This document shows, piece by piece, positions 59,356 to 64,000 of a DNA stretch of 64,000 bases (position 1 is its first letter; every line of letters begins with the position of its first letter). Location: assembly GCA_010909165.1 (NCBI GenBank), contig MU008170.1:620001-684000 (forward strand). The letters are read 5' to 3'. The notes beneath the pieces were generated by a model, which searched no databases, was not told where the DNA came from, and saw only the letters and a program-made list of their open reading frames with translations. The stretch is from Anthoceros angustus (Eukaryota; Plantae; Anthocerotophyta). The position numbers and the translations under genes are program-made.

Positions 59356-61093
59356 TCACAACTGCTCGAAATAGTCCTCAGACCGTCGAGAATGGCGGCC
59401 AAAGGACTTCTGCGTGCCTAGAACGTAGTCCTGGATACTTCCAGCAACGCTACCAACCCAATCGCCGACCCCCCACGATCTGCTACCAACCCCAGAGATG
59501 TCCGGCGTCTTGGATATGACTGTAGCACTGCTTTCCTGTGCTTCCATGACTGTACTGTTCCACCTCATCACCAAGTACTCCATAACCGCCACATGACCAT
59601 CTTTCACCACATTTATGGGAGGGTCTGTCAGAGGATTCTCATCCAGCTTCAGCTTCCGCAACTTATCCAGCTTCCCCAACGACGCCGGCAACTCCCTGAG
59701 TTGGTTGAAGCTGAGATCCAGATCCACCAGATTCGCCAGATCTCCGACGGAATCAGGAATTTCCGTAAGATCACTAAAGTTGCTACTGACGTTGAGAACT
59801 TCAAGGTGGCCAAGATTCCCTATGGCTTGTGGGAGGGCTCTCAGTTTGTTGAAGTGAAGGTCAAGAAACTTCAAGGCCTTCAACTCGCAGAGAGAATTGG
59901 GAAGCACACTCAGGTTGTTGTAGTGCAAGGACAACTTCTCCAAGTTCTCTAGATCGTACCCAAACTTAGCCGGCAAAAACATCATCTGATTGAAGTTGGC
60001 GTACAAGTCAACCAAAGCACTGCGCAACAACCAAGCCATCGAATGTCAGTAAGGAACCACAGTGCAACAACATTGGTCAAACAAAACGAACCTGTGCTTC
60101 AACCTGACCTAAATGAACTCTAACCAAGCATCAGTACCTGCATCTGGTAATGCTCTCAGGCAGAGACGCAAGCTTATTGCTCGACACATCAAGAACCTTG
60201 AGCACCTTCAACAAACCGATAGAATCAGGCAGAGTCCTCAGCTGGTTAGACTGCACCTTCAACGTCGAGAGGATCGTGAGCCCCGAGATGGAATCCGGCA
60301 ACACCTGAAAGCAAGCCACCAATGAGAGAAACAAAACAAGCAGACGTTTACTACAACATCCAACCGTAGCCGCAGAGAGGCAAGCAAGCTGCCACGCATG
60401 TCGCACAATTACCTCAAGTTCATTGCCGGAAAGATCGAGCACAACAAGAGTGTAAATCCTTCCGAAAGATTCCGGCAAAGCCTCCAAGCCTCTCTTACTT
60501 AGGTCCAATTCCGCCTTCTTTTCAGCAAACGCCTGCTGCAGGTCCCGCATGAGCGCGTCCCCGTCCTCCACCTTCTCCACAATCTTCCGTGCGCCTTTAT
60601 CCGCATACTCATGCGCCTCGTACCTGGCCACCACCACCTCTTCCGCGCTCTTCACCATAGCCTCATACGTGCTGTGCAATTCATCCAGCTGGATGATTGA
60701 CTTGAACGGCAGCTTCTCCCGCTCCGCCTCCTCCCGGGCCTCACTCTCCAGCATCGCCTGCATCAAGGCAAGCAAATCCACACCTCCTCACCAACATGCA
60801 CAGACACCGCAACACCGCAAACAGCAAACACCACATCCGATAACAACATCAAGCTCCGCATTTCCACACACCTGCTCCACATTCCAAGACGACCTGTCCG
60901 CCCCGGCAGGCACCGGCTGCAGAACCAGCTCGTCCAGCTTCCGCGCCAGCGCCGCGTCGATTGCGGCCAGGCTCTCCTGCGCCTCCTCCACCATGTGGTG
61001 CGGCGGCCGCTCCCCCAGCGCCTTCAGCATGGCTCGGCTCTGCGCCAGATCCAGCACCGGCGGCAGCTGCGCGGGCATCCCTGAGCCTCCCAT
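59356..61093 (-). CDS. Plant intracellular Ras-group-related LRR protein (PIRL family), multi-exon
   Basis: N-terminus QSRAMLKALGERPPHHMVEEA...LQPVPAGADR, then KSIIQLDELHSTYE, followed by LRRs (LDLSGNELEV, LDVSSNKLASLPESI, LNVSSNFSDLTEIPDSVGDL, LDENPLTDPP). Confidence 0.9.
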
Positions 61094-61509
61094 TGCCCCG
61101 CCACCACCACCTCCTGCAGCTCCGCCTCCACGTCCCCGCCTCCCCGCGTTCCACCCGCCCCGGCATGCTGCCAACACGTCCCCTCTTCACATCTTCCGAA
61201 GCCCCGTGCGAAGCTCAGCTCTCCTCGACTTCGCTCCTGGAGCGTGAAAAATCGAGACTTCGCCCCCCCAGGCCCCCAATTCACGCCTTTTATATCCCTC
61301 GCCAAAAAAGAACGCATCTCTGAAACGGTCGCTCACCACCGGACCTGGTAAACGCCAAGTGAACATGTTGTACTGCGGTCCGATATTTTTGATAACGTCG
61401 TCCGGGATTTTATATCTCCAACACAGCACGTACGTTCAACACCAAACCTCGCGCCTGCTACCTACGCCTCCACGGGATGAGCTTCCGTGACAAGTGTCGC
61501 GCATCTTGC

Positions 61510-61647
61510 GGGTGAAAGAGGGTAAAAGAAGGTGAAAAATATTCACTCTTACTGCCGCTCGCCCGACCTAAAAGCTGTGCAAGGCAGTGAAAAAGGGTGA
61601 AAGAAGGTGAAAGAGTATTCACTTTTACTGCGGCTTGCCTAACCTAA
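61510..61647. repeat. ~75-bp imperfect tandem duplication in the divergent intergenic region
   Basis: gtgaaa.agggt.aaagaaggtgaaa.a.tattcact.ttactgc.gct.gcc..acctaa occurs twice. Confidence 0.8.
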
Positions 61648-62307
61648 GTTGCGCGGTGGGACCGCTCCGGGAGGTGGCTTGTGCCGGGGGCTGCGGCGGA
61701 GTAGGTTACGGGAGGCAGGGGGATGGTCATGCCAGGCTTGGCTCCGCCGAGGCTCTAACCTGTTGCGCCCGCACCTGCCATGGTGCCAGCCACGGATCCA
61801 TGGCAATGGCGTCTTGCTCGCCCACCTCTCTCTCCTTGCCGTTCAAATTTTCAAACGCTCCCGCCATCGCTCTGCCGATCTGATCCCACGCACCGGGCTG
61901 GCTCGATCTGAGGCCGGGTTGCTCGCAGCGCTCTCCGCCATCGCTGCGTTCTGTGCTCGCCGCGCTTGCAAGGGCTCGGATTTGCAGTCTTTCCGGGGTC
62001 CAGCTCGAGTCGGATTCGACGGGAGCGATTCGCATTCCAGGCGGGAGCAGGAGAGGAGGAGGAGAGGGGAAGAGCTTCCAGAAAGCCCCGATCTTCACAG
62101 CTTTGCATATGGGGTGCAGGCGCCGGGCTGGAGTTAGGGAAGTGGCTCGCTTCGTGGCGATCGTGTGTCTTGTGCAGAGGGATACTTCGGCGGTGCAGTT
62201 AGCTCTGTTGTGCGCACCTAGGGCCATAGATCAGACCTAGGGATTAGGTTTGGAAGGCAGGCGTCGTGGATTATTCGGCCTTCCGGCGAGGAGGCCAGGG
62301 TCCCGGG

Positions 62308-64000
62308 ATGGCGGGACGGCATGTCCCGCAAGTGAGCCATTATAATTTGAATGCTCAGAACACGGGGGGTGCGTATGTCACCAGCGCGCTGCACGACTTG
62401 AACACCGTGGACAACAGGAACGGGGACATTGAGGGGCTCGGGGATGCGGACGGGGATGCTGCAGGGGCGGACAGTTTGGACAATGAGGAGGAGGAGTCCA
62501 ATTCCGGGGTGAGTACGTTTTCTTTGACTCGGCTACGTGTGGAGGGGGGTGGTTGAAGGCGAGGTCTTGTCTCACCGTGGTGCGCGTTCTTGGGACTGGC
62601 AGGACGATGGTGTGCCTGGTCCGTTCGGGAATTCCATGGCTTTGCAGGCTATTGGGCCTGACCCTAGTCACCTGCATCTTCAGAGCCATGAGCCGGCTCG
62701 GGCACCGTATGGCTCCATATCTTTGAGTGGTAAGTTCGGTGCTTCCTTGTTCTGTGATTGTAGTGCCAAGTAGCTCTAGCCATGGCATGTGGATTCTGTT
62801 TCCTAATGTACGGACGTAGGTGGTGCTGCTGTCTTCTTGACAGTGGGCATGCCCCGCATTCTTGCCTTATGCTTCCTTTGCTCTCCGTACTGTCTCCTTT
62901 TCCAGAAAGGCACTTCGTGTGGAGAGTTTGTGGGTAACTGTTGCTTCTGGGAACAGATGTGAATCCAATGGAGACAGCCAAAGCTCGGTTTTTGAATCTG
63001 CTCATCGAACATTTTATCACGCAGCACACTGTGCCTGCCATGGATTCCCCTGAAATGTTGTACAATAATACCAACTCCAAAGAGAAGTCTAGAAAACGGA
63101 AGCCAAGAGATAATCAGTGGGAGGGAGATCCAAATTATCTGCTACCTTTGACATTCGTTGCAAATTTGTATGAGACCCTCATCGCAGAAATCAACCAGCG
63201 TTTGGCCACGGTTGATCACATTCCTGAGAAGACAATGATGGTTGCGCTTGAAGCTGCTGGAGGGCTTTATAGGAGGTTGATCAGAAAATATCCAAAATCA
63301 GGTAATGAATGGTGCGCTCAACAGTGTAGCACATGTTCCTTGTCTCATGACCCCTGCAGCTTTATTCCTACCTTCATCTCTATGCTATTTGCTGTCCCAT
63401 TGTATGAGCGACATCCATCTCTCTAAAGCTTCGGGTGTGGCAGGGGCTTCTACAACTTTCAAAAGGCGAGAGATGGCATCTGCGTTGGAGGCCCGTAACA
63501 AGTTTCCTCATCTCGTCACAGGGGAAGAGAAGCGTGTCCGGTTTGTTGTTGTTCATGGATTGGAGCTGGTTGAACGCCCTGACACGCTCTCCCCCGAAGA
63601 TGCCGAGTGGTACAGTTCGAGTGATTCTTCTCTGAAAGAACCACTTTTGGTCTCCAGGGTGTATGGAAATGACTGTTTCTGAATTCTCCTCAGGTTTAAG
63701 CGGCTCACTGGAAGGCATGAGGCAGCAATAGAACGGAAAGATTATGACTTTTTCGCTGCCCGAGTGAAGCATCGGCGGTCTTTAGTGGGCTCATTGGGAT
63801 CTATACCTTCTTTACCTCCAGTAATGGGCTCACCAGAGTTTCACACTCTTGCTATCTTATGGATATCTGTTTGACATTTGGTATATGCCTGATTTTCTGG
63901 TTTAAGTAGAGGCAATGGTGAATTTGGGGACTGGGGAAGCGCACTTACAGAGTATGGTGAGGTCCACGCTCTGGCTAACATCTTTTTGCTGGGCACTTGT
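62308..64000 (+). CDS. Conserved uncharacterised plant protein (At2g02148-like), multi-exon, runs off the window end
   Basis: HYNL...SALHDLNTVD, DVNPMETAKARFLNLLIEHF, EGDPNYLLPLTFVANLYETL, VALEAAGGLYRRL, FKRREMASALEAR and EDAEW|FKRLTGR. Confidence 0.85.

Overview
Eukaryotic, gene-dense plant nuclear DNA with short GT-AG introns. It is probably a hornwort (Anthoceros-like); this is inferred from intronless PLS-class PPR genes with lengthened L motifs and the K-x-PG-x-SWWTD ('WW-type') box. 1-25.3 kb holds an F-box gene, two convergent PLS-PPR RNA-editing factor paralogues around a Yippee gene, an FAD monooxygenase, a decayed PPR pseudogene, a COX4-like gene, an APC15 ORF only 65 nt upstream of a Borealin-related ORF (candidate bicistronic or fused mitotic transcript), and TFIIF-beta. 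25.5-55 kb is a transposon island: Copia-gag and CRE-type non-LTR remnants, then a DNA transposon of about 10 kb spread over about 24 kb by overlapping, indel-rich duplications that are probably partly assembly artefact. This element carries a spliced Sola1-like DDD transposase (minus strand) and a divergent cargo gene with a Cys-rich region, a ParB/Srx-like domain (GGNH) and a beta-class N4C/N6A amino-methyltransferase-like domain. That cargo is the most novel candidate system here. 55.8-64 kb holds DGAT3-like, DUF1295, PIRL and At2g02148-like genes. All family assignments come from motif recognition by eye; no searches were run.
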